DNA of 52,062 nucleotides from a virus (IMGVR_UViG_2531839330_000009); one strand, 5' to 3'. Shown: positions 9,504-18,622, counted from the stretch's first letter. Notes: generated by a model not told the origin, from the letters alone. Numbers and translations: made by a program.

Positions 9504-10156
9504 TGAGTAATAAATATTGCCAGGCGCTGGTGGAACTGCGGAACAAACCAGCCCATGAACTGAAGGAAGTGGGCGATCAGTGGCGCACGCCGGACAACAT
9601 TTTCTGGGGAATTAACACCCTGTTTGGCCCGTTTGTTCTGGATCTGTTCACTGACGGTGATAACGCCAAATGTGCTGCGTATTACACGGCGGAAGACAAC
9701 GCGCTGGCGCATGACTGGTCAGAACGCCTTGCGGAGCTTAAAGGTGCTGCCTTTGGTAATCCCCCATACAGCCGCGCCAGTCAGCATGAGGGGCAATACA
9801 TCACCGGCATGCGTTACATCATGAAGCATGCCAGTGCCATGCGTGATAAAGGCGGGCGCTATGTTTTCCTGATCAAAGCTGCCACCAGCGAAGTGTGGTG
9901 GCCGGAAGATGCAGATCATATTGCTTTTATTCGCGGGCGTATTGGTTTTGAACTGCCTGCCTGGTTTATCCCGAAGGATGAGAAGCAGGTGCCGACAGGC
10001 GCTTTCTTCGCTGGTGCTATTGCTGTTTTCGACAAGACCTGGAAGGGACCGGCAATCAGCTACATCGGGCGCGATGAACTTGAGGCATGTGGTGAGGCCT
10101 TTCTGGCGCAGGTTCGCCATCAGGCAGAAAAACTGGTCAGGGAGATGGCGGCATGA
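9503..10156 (+). CDS. phage N6-adenine DNA methyltransferase (Dam-like)
   Basis: Internal ATG overlapping upstream stop (TAATG); catalytic NPPY motif (AAFGNPPYS). Confidence 0.75.
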   Translation: MSNKYCQALVELRNKPAHELKEVGDQWRTPDNIFWGINTLFGPFVLDLFTDGDNAKCAAYYTAEDNALAHDWSERLAELKGAAFGNPPYSRASQHEGQYITGMRYIMKHASAMRDKGGRYVFLIKAATSEVWWPEDADHIAFIRGRIGFELPAWFIPKDEKQVPTGAFFAGAIAVFDKTWKGPAISYIGRDELEACGEAFLAQVRHQAEKLVREMAA

Positions 10157-10479
10157 CGACGTTAACTCAATGCCAGCAGCAGGTGCTGGATATGCTGATT
10201 TCTTATCAGCAAGAACGTGGCTTCCCGCCAACCAATCAGGAGGTGGCAACCATGCTGGGATACCGTTCAGTGAATGCAGCGGTGGAGCATCTTCGCGCAC
10301 TGGAGAAAAAAGGCGTCATCACGATAAAGCGTGGCGTGGCCCGGGGGATAACGCTTCATACCGCGGTGAAGGACGACGACAGCGAGGCGGCCGGGATTAT
10401 CCGCGCACTGCTTGCTGGTGAGGAAAACGCCAGGCTGCGTGCAGCCCACTGGTTACATGAGAGGGGGCTGAAAGTATGA
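10153..10479 (+). CDS. LexA-DNA-binding-domain-like wHTH protein
   Basis: 108 aa; N-terminal LTQCQQQVLDMLISYQQERGFPPTNQEVATMLGY resembles LexA N-domain. Confidence 0.45.
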   Translation: MTTLTQCQQQVLDMLISYQQERGFPPTNQEVATMLGYRSVNAAVEHLRALEKKGVITIKRGVARGITLHTAVKDDDSEAAGIIRALLAGEENARLRAAHWLHERGLKV

Positions 10480-10865
10480 AGCTGATTCTGCCTTTTCCAC
10501 CCAGCGTGAACACCTACTGGCGACACCCCAACAAAGGGGCATTTGCTGGTAAGAGCCTGATAAGCGCGGCGGGGCGAAAATTCCAGAGTGCGGCGTGCAC
10601 AGCAATAGTTGAGCAGTTACGTCGTCTGCCGAAACCAACGTCAGCACCTGCTTCAGTGGAGATCGTGTTGTTTCCTCCGGATAACCGGATCCGCGATCTG
10701 GACAACTATAACAAGGCGCTGTTTGACGCCCTGACCCACGCGGGTGTGTGGGAAGACGACAGCCAGGTGAAAAGAATGTTGGTGGAGTGGGGACCGGTTA
10801 TCCCGGAAGGGAAGGTCGAGATCACTATCAGTAAGTACGAGAAACCGGCGGGTGCAGCCGCCTGA
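10476..10865 (+). CDS. rusA: Holliday-junction resolvase RusA
   Basis: 129 aa; RusA-like conserved D...D acidic residues (RDLDNYNKALFDALT); nin-region position. Confidence 0.8.
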   Translation: MKLILPFPPSVNTYWRHPNKGAFAGKSLISAAGRKFQSAACTAIVEQLRRLPKPTSAPASVEIVLFPPDNRIRDLDNYNKALFDALTHAGVWEDDSQVKRMLVEWGPVIPEGKVEITISKYEKPAGAAA

Positions 10866-10884
10866 TCAAGAGGAGAAACGAAGT

Positions 10885-11682
10885 ATGAATAATCTGATGG
10901 TCATTGATGGTATTGAAGTTCGTCGTGATGCTTATGGGCGTTACAGCCTGAACGATCTGCACAGGGCTGCCGGTTCTCTGGATAAGCATAAGCCTGCATT
11001 CTGGCTCCGCAATGAGCAAACTGAACGTTTAATAAGCGAGTTGCAGATTTGCAACTCGGTCAATATAGAGCCAGTTAACGTTATTCGTGGCGGAAATAAC
11101 CAGGGGACGTATGTCTGCAAAGAACTGGTGTATGCCTATGCAATGTGGATCAGCCCGTCATTCCATCTGAAGGTGATCCGTACTTTCGATATGGTAACCA
11201 GCACACCGGAAAAAATATCCGGGCAGGCTGCTGACAAGATGCAGGCTGGCGTGATCCTGCTGGACTTTATGCGCAGGGAATTAAACCTGTCTAACTCATC
11301 AGTGCTTGGAGCCTGTCAGAAGCTTCAGGAGGCTGTTGGCTTACCGAATCTGGCACCGCGCTATGCCATTGATGCTCCTGCTGACGCGCCTGATGGCTCA
11401 AGTCGCCCCACGCTGTCGCTGAGTGCACTGCTGAAACAGTATGGTATCCGCCTTACGGCTAATCAGGCATATCACCAGATGGTGAAGCTGGGGATCGTTG
11501 AACAACGCGAACGATACAGCCGTACCGCAATTAACAACATTAAAAAATTCTGGTCGCTGACGGCGAAAGGCTGCATGTTCGGCAAGAACATCCCCAGTCC
11601 CGCAAATCCGCGCGAGACGCAGCCGCATTTCTTCGAATCCCGATTCCCTGAGCTGTTAAAGCTGCTCGATACCGTTCATTGA
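10885..11682 (+). CDS. KilA-N domain protein (antirepressor-like)
   Basis: ATG at 10885 with AGGAG RBS; KilA-N-like N-terminus (MVIDGIEVRRDAYGRYSLNDLHRAAG). Confidence 0.5.
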   Translation: MNNLMVIDGIEVRRDAYGRYSLNDLHRAAGSLDKHKPAFWLRNEQTERLISELQICNSVNIEPVNVIRGGNNQGTYVCKELVYAYAMWISPSFHLKVIRTFDMVTSTPEKISGQAADKMQAGVILLDFMRRELNLSNSSVLGACQKLQEAVGLPNLAPRYAIDAPADAPDGSSRPTLSLSALLKQYGIRLTANQAYHQMVKLGIVEQRERYSRTAINNIKKFWSLTAKGCMFGKNIPSPANPRETQPHFFESRFPELLKLLDTVH

Positions 11683-11683
11683 G

Positions 11684-12679
11684 GTGACCGTGAGAGCACT
11701 ACTGACCCCTGAAATAGCCCCGCGTATGGGGATCGTATTGTTCAGGCCAGGTTCAGAGCTGATGCCCCTGTTTATGCAGGGGCGTGTTCTGCTGGAGCCT
11801 GAGCCGGAGCGTTATTCATCTTTCGCCAGTGGTGCCGTTCCTGCGGCATCACAACCGCTGGCGGATGATCCTGCCGTTCTGGCCGTGTTCCGTAATGAGG
11901 CAGTGATTCGTCGTGCTGGTGGGGTGGAATGTCTTGAAAGCTGGTTACTTCGTGAAAAAGGCTGCCAGTGGCCTCATTCCGACTGGCACAGCGAGAACAT
12001 GACCACAATGCGACACGCGCCGGGCGCAATCCGTCTGTGCTGGCACTGCGATAACCAGCTTCGCGATCAGTTCACGGAACGGCTGGAATCAATGGCAACG
12101 GATAACTGTGCCCGCTGGGTGTTGTCTGTTGTGCGTCGGGATCTCGGTTTTGATGATAGTCACGTTGTGACAATGCCGGAACTGTGCTGGTGGCTGATTC
12201 GTAATGATCTGGCAGATGCCTTACCGGAAAGTGCAGCCCGTAAGGCACTGAGATTACCGAAGCCTGTTGTGCCGTCTGTCACCCGGGAAAGTGATCTTGT
12301 GCCTTCGGTTCCTGCCACCAGCATCATCCAGGATAAGGCGAAAAAGGTGCTGGCGCTGAAAGTGGATCCGGAGTCGCCGGAGTCTTTTATGTTACGCCCA
12401 AAACGCCGCCGCTGGGTTAATGAAAAGTACACGCGCTGGGTTAAGACACAGCCGTGTGCATGTTGTGGAAAGCCTGCTGATGATCCCCACCACCTGATAG
12501 GCCATGGTCAGGGTGGAATGGGTACAAAAGCGCATGACCTCTTTGTGTTGCCTTTGTGCAGAAAGCATCACGACGAGCTGCATGCGGATACCGTGGCATT
12601 TGAAGAGAAGTATGGTTCCCAGTTGGAGCTGATATTTCGTTTTATCGATCGTGCGCTGGCAATTGGCGTGCTGGCCTGA
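11684..12679 (+). CDS. DUF968-like phage protein with C-terminal Cys/His-rich motif
   Basis: 331 aa, GTG start; C-terminal CxCCG...HHLIGHG...CxxHHDELH zinc-binding-like motif. Confidence 0.45.
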   Translation: MTVRALLTPEIAPRMGIVLFRPGSELMPLFMQGRVLLEPEPERYSSFASGAVPAASQPLADDPAVLAVFRNEAVIRRAGGVECLESWLLREKGCQWPHSDWHSENMTTMRHAPGAIRLCWHCDNQLRDQFTERLESMATDNCARWVLSVVRRDLGFDDSHVVTMPELCWWLIRNDLADALPESAARKALRLPKPVVPSVTRESDLVPSVPATSIIQDKAKKVLALKVDPESPESFMLRPKRRRWVNEKYTRWVKTQPCACCGKPADDPHHLIGHGQGGMGTKAHDLFVLPLCRKHHDELHADTVAFEEKYGSQLELIFRFIDRALAIGVLA

Positions 12680-12697
12680 TTTTTTCGGAGAAAGTTG

Positions 12698-13084
12698 ATG
12701 CGTAATATACAGATGATCCTTGAACGTTGGGGGGCATGGGCAGCGAGTGATAGCTCAGGAGTTGACTATTCGTCTATAGCTGCTGGGTTTAAGGGGCTTC
12801 TTCCATATACCAGAAAGACACGTCTAGCTTGTTCAGATAGTGATGCATTAATTATTGAAGGTAGCCTTGCTCTTCTTAAGAAGAGAAAACCGTACGAACA
12901 TTCTTTGATTGTGGCTCATTACCTGTATGGCATCTCGAAAAGAAAGATCGCAAAGGCACGTAATAAAGACGAAAAATTGATACGTATCGAGATACAGGTT
13001 GCTGAAGGTTTTATCGATGGCTGCCTAAGTATGCTGGATGTGAAACTTGAAATGGATGACTACTCTGAGTCTCCTGTAGCATGA
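12698..13084 (+). CDS. late-gene antiterminator Q (QuuD/phage 21-type)
   Basis: ATG at 12698 with GGAG RBS; MRNIQMILERWGAWAA... resembles DLP12 QuuD from memory; precedes lysis genes. Confidence 0.8.
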   Translation: MRNIQMILERWGAWAASDSSGVDYSSIAAGFKGLLPYTRKTRLACSDSDALIIEGSLALLKKRKPYEHSLIVAHYLYGISKRKIAKARNKDEKLIRIEIQVAEGFIDGCLSMLDVKLEMDDYSESPVA

Positions 13085-13695
13085 AATAATGAAACGACCA
13101 TATGTCTTACATAATATGGTTGATTTGTAGCTGGATGCAATGTTGTACTCATGAATCGCAAGGGATTATCCTCGTCGGTTGTAATTTTTGCATCAGCTAC
13201 TTCCTGCTGAAGATGCTTTCGCCAGTCATCAAGTCTCTCGCCAGATTTCTTAATTTTACAGTAAATGATAATGCCACCATGGTTGTCACGCGCAGTGCCT
13301 GTGCCATATCGCTCGTTGAGCTGGTTCCATCCACCTAAGATGTACGCAGGACCTTTCCATAATTTAGCTTCGCCAATCCATGCAAATCGGCCGAGCTGAT
13401 GTTTAACTAATATATCTATATGCCCTCCATGCTGAGTGTCATGTTCAGCGTCATAATTACGGCCTTTCAAAAAAGCAATAATAACTGATGTGAGCTCATC
13501 TTCACCCCCCTGCTGTGTTTGATACATATGTTTTTGGGTTTCCAAAACATACATCGCGTCATCAAGGTCAACGTAAAGTTGCTTCACGAAATCGTCGTGA
13601 CTTGCTGCAAATTTTCGCTTAAGAAAACCAGACAATTCAGGGTCAAATTGACTTAAGGTGTCTAATTGGGCAAGGTTGAAATTACATTCACTCAT
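13060..13695 (-). CDS. cassette gene C: putative PD-(D/E)xK nuclease-like protein (211 aa)
   Basis: ATG with GGAGG RBS; motif GGHIDILV-(14 aa)-IGEAKLW fits the D...(D/E)xK core; AT-rich; 3' end overlaps the Q 3' end by 25 bp. Confidence 0.5.
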   Translation of the reverse strand: MSECNFNLAQLDTLSQFDPELSGFLKRKFAASHDDFVKQLYVDLDDAMYVLETQKHMYQTQQGGEDELTSVIIAFLKGRNYDAEHDTQHGGHIDILVKHQLGRFAWIGEAKLWKGPAYILGGWNQLNERYGTGTARDNHGGIIIYCKIKKSGERLDDWRKHLQQEVADAKITTDEDNPLRFMSTTLHPATNQPYYVRHMVVSLFHATGDSE

Positions 13696-14110
13696 GTAAT
13701 TCCTCCAAAGCCTCAGTAGGAGTGAAGTATGGGAACAAATAATGATTATAATTATCGACTAATTGACCACTGTAAGGATGATAAAACTTACCTGTATGAA
13801 GCGCATGAGACACGTCATCATCATCGACGGGAATAGGATCACTATCGTCAGACTCGATATACTGGAAATGCATATCTAGCAAGTGCATTCTGTTGCTCGA
13901 AAGATAGTCAGTTACTTTGATCAGTAAAACTTTGGCATCGTTATTTTGCACATCAAGCTTAGTACCATTAACCAAACTTACATATGTTATGTGTTTCAGT
14001 GACTTAGCTTCTTTGCTGGTTAAAAAATCAACCACAACACGACATAAATCTCCAACCGGCCCATGTAGGTCGTGGTTGATTTTCGAGTATATGTCGTGTT
14101 TAGTTAACAT
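13688..14110 (-). CDS. cassette gene B: hypothetical acidic protein (140 aa)
   Basis: Internal ATG at 14110; overlaps gene C start by 8 nt (translational coupling); acidic tract SDDSDPIPVDDDD. Confidence 0.45.
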   Translation of the reverse strand: MLTKHDIYSKINHDLHGPVGDLCRVVVDFLTSKEAKSLKHITYVSLVNGTKLDVQNNDAKVLLIKVTDYLSSNRMHLLDMHFQYIESDDSDPIPVDDDDVSHALHTGKFYHPYSGQLVDNYNHYLFPYFTPTEALEELHE

Positions 14111-14120
14111 AATCAACTCT

Positions 14121-15218
14121 TTATGCAGCCTCGTCAGTGGCTCGCTTTCTCTGTATGCTTGATAGTGACTCTAACATCTTGTTGATTACAAACAAAATAT
14201 GCTCAATTGAGGAGCAACGATCTATGATTGCATCATAAAGGTGACTGTTCGGTTTATCAATCATAGCCCGTTTACCTGGCAGTATTAATTCTACAGGGAA
14301 AACTTGAGAAGCTGAATCAGTCAGATCCCAAATTTTACCGAGTTTGTATTTCGTTAGTATGGGACTTGCCTCTTCGCCCCCATGATGGTAGCTGTCTGAG
14401 CGCAAGCAGCTTTCACCCGGACGGAGTTTTAATGAGCTGGTGTTTCCATCTGATGTAAGAAATGACATCTGCGAGATTCTACCATCTGTTTGCTCGTACA
14501 TTTCTTGTACTAATCCAAAGAGGTCAATGGGCGCAGGTAAAGTCAAACCAGTAGTAGTTCTAATAAACTGATCAAGCAAAAATTGCTGTCGTTCCGACTC
14601 TGAACGAGGCATCACAGATAAATCAACAGTGAGCGCAAGTAAATGCAACTCGGGTAGAATCATTATTGTATTAAAGCACTGTGTAACTTCACGTGTTTTA
14701 CATTTGATTTCACCACCATTGGAGCGAAGAGCTAGCCCAGCATCGCTTAAATGGGTCGCGTCGAGTTCAATAGTTTCTGTGTAGTATGCTTTCGACGTAA
14801 GAATCGTTGTTTCTAAAGAAACTTTGTTTACGACAGAAAATGTAGTTTCTAAAAAATGAAGATCTGTATCAGCTGCAAGCAACACATCTTTAGGCAAAGG
14901 ATATGGATAGCTTTCGCAAAAAACGGATTCGTCTCTTTCTAGGGCATTTATATTCTCCCGTAGAGTTTGCACTTCTTCCGGTTCTAACTTATACAGCTTA
15001 ACTAAACGGGTCCCACTCAATAGTAAATTTTGCCATACTTCACCTATATGAGTACTTACAGCTTCCTGATCTACATCTTCTGTTGCTTGGAGCCTCGCGA
15101 TAAATGGGTCAAGGCCAACTGATGTGACACCAAGTGGTTCCCCCACAATTTTTTTTGTGAGCTTCCATCCAACACGTTCGGTGATATCTCTTAAAAGGTT
15201 GATCGTTTGCTCATTCAT
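14121..15218 (-). CDS. cassette gene A: hypothetical protein (365 aa)
   Basis: Internal ATG at 15218 (track ORF begins at a TTG further upstream); no recognisable motif; AT-rich; first gene of the 3-gene minus-strand operon. Confidence 0.45.
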   Translation of the reverse strand: MNEQTINLLRDITERVGWKLTKKIVGEPLGVTSVGLDPFIARLQATEDVDQEAVSTHIGEVWQNLLLSGTRLVKLYKLEPEEVQTLRENINALERDESVFCESYPYPLPKDVLLAADTDLHFLETTFSVVNKVSLETTILTSKAYYTETIELDATHLSDAGLALRSNGGEIKCKTREVTQCFNTIMILPELHLLALTVDLSVMPRSESERQQFLLDQFIRTTTGLTLPAPIDLFGLVQEMYEQTDGRISQMSFLTSDGNTSSLKLRPGESCLRSDSYHHGGEEASPILTKYKLGKIWDLTDSASQVFPVELILPGKRAMIDKPNSHLYDAIIDRCSSIEHILFVINKMLESLSSIQRKRATDEAA

Positions 15219-15364
15219 AAGAAACCCTTTTTTGTATTTTTTTGTACTTTTTGAAGGCAATTTAGATAGTCCTTAACATACTAAATTAACGAACATATTT
15301 CATTAGCACGGTCCGCAAAAAGTGATGTATCATGTTAAGAGTGGTTACTTCGCCACACAACTTA

Positions 15365-15386
15365 AACCCGCCGTCGAGCGGGTTTT
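15365..15386 (+). terminator. tR'-like intrinsic terminator in the late-promoter region
   Basis: AACCCGC-CGTCGA-GCGGGTT hairpin followed by TTTT, ~150 bp upstream of the holin gene. Confidence 0.45.
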
Positions 15387-15536
15387 GTCATTTCTAGGCC
15401 TTGGTATTCGTTGGGCTTGGTCTATCTGGTACTTATCCATTGGCTCGACTTCTTTTACGTTTCCGCTTCTGATTTGCGGTACATGATGTTCCCTCAATTT
15501 GCACCTCCTGTATTGCGAGGTGAGAGATAACTACAA

Positions 15537-15863
15537 ATGCCTCATAACCCAAATACCTGGCTGGACTTGGTCCAGAGCTGGTGGCGTGGAGACACACCGC
15601 TGGGTGCAGTGATTATGTCGATCGTTATGGCTGGTTTGCGCATCGCCTATTTTGGCGGTGGTGGTGGCTGGAAGCGAAAAACGCTCGAGATTTTGCTATG
15701 TGGCGCTCTGACGCTGACCTTTGCATCCGCTCTTGAGTATGTCGGATGGCCTAAATCGCTTTCTGTTGCCATTGGTGGTGGCGTGGGGCTGATCGGTGTC
15801 GATGCTATTCGTGGGGCTGCAATGCGAGTAATCGGTAACAAATTTGGTAGCTCGAAGGAGTAA
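15537..15863 (+). CDS. holin
   Basis: 108 aa, hydrophobic segments, immediately upstream of lambda R-like endolysin. Confidence 0.75.
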   Translation: MPHNPNTWLDLVQSWWRGDTPLGAVIMSIVMAGLRIAYFGGGGGWKRKTLEILLCGALTLTFASALEYVGWPKSLSVAIGGGVGLIGVDAIRGAAMRVIGNKFGSSKE

Positions 15864-15866
15864 TTT

Positions 15867-16343
15867 ATGCAGGCACTAAATTCCCAGCGTAAAGCTTTCC
15901 TGGATATGGTGGCATGGTCAGAAGGAACGGATAACGGGCGACAACCGACACGTAACCACGGTTATGATGTTATTGTTGGTGGTGAACTGTTCACTGATTA
16001 CTCCGATCCCCCTCGCAAACGTGTCACGCTAAACCCCAAACTCAAATCAACAGCCGCCGGACGTTATCAGCTTCTTTCACGCTGGTGGGATGCTTACCGT
16101 AAGCAGCTTGCTCTGAAAGACTTCTCTCCGAAAAGCCAGGATGCTGTGGCATTGCAGCAGATTAAGGAGCGTGGCGCTTTACCGATGATTGATCGCGGTG
16201 ATATTCGTCAGGCAATTGACCGTTGCAGCAATATCTGGGCTTCACTGCCGGGCGCTGGTTATGGTCAGTTCGAGCATAAGGCTGACAGCCTGATTGCAAA
16301 ATTCAAAGAAGCAGGCGGAACGGTCAGAGAGATTGAGGTATGA
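15867..16343 (+). CDS. R: endolysin, lambda R-type lytic transglycosylase
   Basis: 158 aa, near-identical to lambda R from memory ([22 protein letters not shown]...). Confidence 0.9.
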   Translation: MQALNSQRKAFLDMVAWSEGTDNGRQPTRNHGYDVIVGGELFTDYSDPPRKRVTLNPKLKSTAAGRYQLLSRWWDAYRKQLALKDFSPKSQDAVALQQIKERGALPMIDRGDIRQAIDRCSNIWASLPGAGYGQFEHKADSLIAKFKEAGGTVREIEV

Positions 16344-16801
16344 GCAGAGTAACCGCGATTATTTCCGCTCTGGTTATCTGCATCATCGTTTGCTTGTCAT
16401 GGGCTGTTAATCATTACCGCGATAACGCCATTACCTACAAAGCCCAGCGCGACAAAAATGCCAGAGAACTGAAGCTGGCGAACTCGACAATTACTGACAT
16501 GCAGATGCGTCAGCGTGATGTTGCTGCGCTCGATGCAAAATACACGAAGAAGTTAGCTGATGCGAAAGCTGAAAATGATGCTCTGCGTGATGATGTTGCC
16601 GCTGGTCGTCGTCGGTTGCACATCAAAGCAGTCTGTCAGTCAGTGCGTGAAGCCACCACCGCCTCCGGCGTGGATAATGCAGCCTCCCCCCGACTGGCAG
16701 ACACCGCTGAACGGGATTATTTCACCCTCAGAGAGAGGCTGATCACTATGCAAAAACAACTGGAAGGAACCCAGAAGTATATTAATGAGCAGTGCAGATA
16801 G
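16340..16801 (+). CDS. Rz: i-spanin Rz
   Basis: 153 aa, N-terminal TM helix, ATGA overlap with R, lambda Rz-like. Confidence 0.85.
   Translation: MSRVTAIISALVICIIVCLSWAVNHYRDNAITYKAQRDKNARELKLANSTITDMQMRQRDVAALDAKYTKKLADAKAENDALRDDVAAGRRRLHIKAVCQSVREATTASGVDNAASPRLADTAERDYFTLRERLITMQKQLEGTQKYINEQCR
16560..16742 (+). CDS. Rz1: o-spanin Rz1 (embedded in Rz, +1 frame)
   Basis: 60 aa; lipobox LVVVGC and proline-rich tail, lambda Rz1-like. Confidence 0.8.
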   Translation: MRKLKMMLCVMMLPLVVVGCTSKQSVSQCVKPPPPPAWIMQPPPDWQTPLNGIISPSERG

Positions 16802-16832
16802 CGCTGCCCATATCGATGGGCAACTCATGCAA

Positions 16833-17126
16833 TTATTGTGAGCAATACACCCGCGCTTCCAGCGGAGTATAAATGCCTAAAGTAATAAAACCGAGCAATC
16901 CATTTACGAATGTTTGCTGGGTTTCTGTTTTAACCACATTTTCTGCGCCGCCACAAATTTTGGCTGCATCAACAGTTTTCTCCTGTCCAATTCCCGAAAC
17001 GAAGAAATGATGGGTGATGGTTTCCTTTGGTGTTACTGCTGTCGGTTTGTTTCCAACAGTAAACGTCTGTTGAGCACATCCTGTAATAAGCATTGCCAGA
17101 GCGGCAGAAAACAACATTTTTTTCAT
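16833..17126 (-). CDS. bor: Bor lipoprotein (serum-resistance factor)
   Basis: 97 aa from internal ATG (MKKMLF...ITGCAQQ lipobox); near-identical to lambda Bor from memory. Confidence 0.85.
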   Translation of the reverse strand: MKKMLFSAALAMLITGCAQQTFTVGNKPTAVTPKETITHHFFVSGIGQEKTVDAAKICGGAENVVKTETQQTFVNGLLGFITLGIYTPLEARVYCSQ

Positions 17127-17306
17127 CTTATTATCCTGCATTGTTAAAAACGGCAGAATCCTATGTGACAACAATTAAACGATAGTTAAATGGATTGATG
17201 AAAATTAAAACTATATAGGTGTACGGTCAGACTATTGGAGGTAGTCAGGATTTGAATGTCAGTCTGTTGTCGGCATTCTGGCAATGCAATTTGGATAAAG
17301 CGGGGA

Positions 17307-17429
17307 TTAAAAAGATAGAGGCGAGCCGGTCAGGTAGAAATGAATCAGGCTCAAAGTGAAGCGGAAAAGGTCTGTGGTACAAGCTGATGCAGCCATAATT
17401 ACAGCCTGATGATTTGTGGAATGAAACAT
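17307..17429 (-). CDS. small hydrophobic peptide ORF (40 aa), speculative
   Basis: ATG preceded by AAGGAGGG SD; hand-translated MFHSTNHQAVIMAASACTTDLFRFTLSLIHFYLTGSPLSF; below track size cutoff. Confidence 0.2.
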   Translation of the reverse strand: MFHSTNHQAVIMAASACTTDLFRFTLSLIHFYLTGSPLSF

Positions 17430-17509
17430 GTTGACCCTCCTTAATTGATGTTATTCGAGTGATGAAGGCATTCTGTCCTTCTATAGTGTCCAGTAAATCA
17501 AACAGGAAA

Positions 17510-17531
17510 CTTGTCCAACGTGTTGGACAAG
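17510..17531. promoter_or_regulatory. perfect 10-bp-arm palindrome upstream of HNH/terminase genes
   Basis: CTTGTCCAAC-GT-GTTGGACAAG. Confidence 0.35.
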
Positions 17532-17651
17532 CCTCTCCATTAGTGAGTTGTATTGATCACAACTCTACAAAGAATTCATTACTGGGTAGATGAAAATAGT
17601 TTCACGATGAATGGAGGAGGCTATGTCGGTGGCTTCTTCATTGGAGTACAT

Positions 17652-18002
17652 ATGCCATCACGAATCCCAAAAGCCTGCCGTGTTCGTGGCTGCCGCCATA
17701 CCACCACAGACCCGTCAGGCTATTGTGAAAGCCACAAAAGCGAAGGCTGGAAGCAATACAAGCCAGGACAATCCCGTCATCAGCGCGGTTATGGTTCGAA
17801 GTGGGATGTTATCCGCGTGCGTGTGTTGAAGCGTGACAAAGGACTGTGCCAGTTATGCCTGCGTGCCGGTGTGGTGCGTGAAGCGAAAACCGTTGACCAC
17901 ATCATCCCTAAAGCGCATGGCGGCACTGATGCCGACAGTAATCTGCAGAGTCTGTGCTGGCCGTGTCATAAGGCGAAGACGGCCCGTGAACGGTTGAAGT
18001 AA
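17652..18002 (+). CDS. HNH endonuclease (terminase-associated)
   Basis: Cys-rich CRVRGCRH...C, HNH motif DHIIPKAHGG...N...CWPCH; directly upstream of terS. Confidence 0.75.
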   Translation: MPSRIPKACRVRGCRHTTTDPSGYCESHKSEGWKQYKPGQSRHQRGYGSKWDVIRVRVLKRDKGLCQLCLRAGVVREAKTVDHIIPKAHGGTDADSNLQSLCWPCHKAKTARERLK

Positions 18003-18127
18003 GAACCAGTTCCCACTGCCAGAGGGGAGGGGCGGGTCAAATCCCTGTGACCTGACGTCTTCCGGACTGCCCGCCCCATCGTTTTTTTATACCCGCGAAA
18101 AATGAAATTTAACCAGGAGTGCCGCAT
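18003..18127. other. GC-rich inverted-repeat region between HNH and terS (candidate cos site and/or terminator)
   Basis: GGGGCGGG ... CCCGCCCC inverted repeat with inner GGTCA/TGACC, then T7 run. Confidence 0.3.
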
Positions 18128-18622
18128 ATGGCTGGAACGGCGGGGCGTTCCGGGCGTCGCCCCAAGCCAACGGCGCGCAAGGCGCTGGCCGGAAACCCCG
18201 GCAAGCGAGCCCTGAACAAAGATGAACCTGTTTTTACGCCCATCAAAGGTGTTGAGCCACCGGAGTGGTTCGCAGAAGAAGATCTCCCTCTCGCCACGAT
18301 CATGTGGCAACTGACAACCAAAGAACTCTGCGGTCAGGGCCTGCTGTGCGTGACTGACCTGGCGGTACTTGAGCGGTGGTGCGTGGCCTATGAGTTCTGG
18401 CGACGTGCCGTGAAAAATATTGCCAGCCAGGGCAACACCATCACCGGTGCAATGGGCGGCAGGGTCAAAAACCCGGAGCTGACCGCCAAGAAAGAACAGG
18501 AGTCCGAGATGAGCAGCACGGGGGCAATGCTCGGACTCGACCCCAGCAGCCGCCAGCGTCTGATAGGCCTGGCGGGGCAGAAGAAAGCCACTAACCCGTT
18601 TCTGAAAATCATCGAATCATGA
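18128..18622 (+). CDS. terminase small subunit
   Basis: ATG at 18128 with AGGAG RBS; basic N-terminus; precedes terL with overlapping stop/start. Confidence 0.7.
   Translation: MAGTAGRSGRRPKPTARKALAGNPGKRALNKDEPVFTPIKGVEPPEWFAEEDLPLATIMWQLTTKELCGQGLLCVTDLAVLERWCVAYEFWRRAVKNIASQGNTITGAMGGRVKNPELTAKKEQESEMSSTGAMLGLDPSSRQRLIGLAGQKKATNPFLKIIES

Noticed and set aside
9719-10421. ORFs 9719-10300 (-) and 9909-10421 (+) overlapping the methyltransferase and LexA-like genes
   Set aside because: Alternative-frame ORFs with Arg/Gly/Ser-rich low-complexity translations typical of GC-rich shadow frames.
14121-15260. Longer TTG-initiated form of cassette gene A (379 aa)
   Set aside because: The track start is a TTG within poly-A/T sequence with no SD; the ATG at 15218 is the more plausible start, though neither has a strong RBS.
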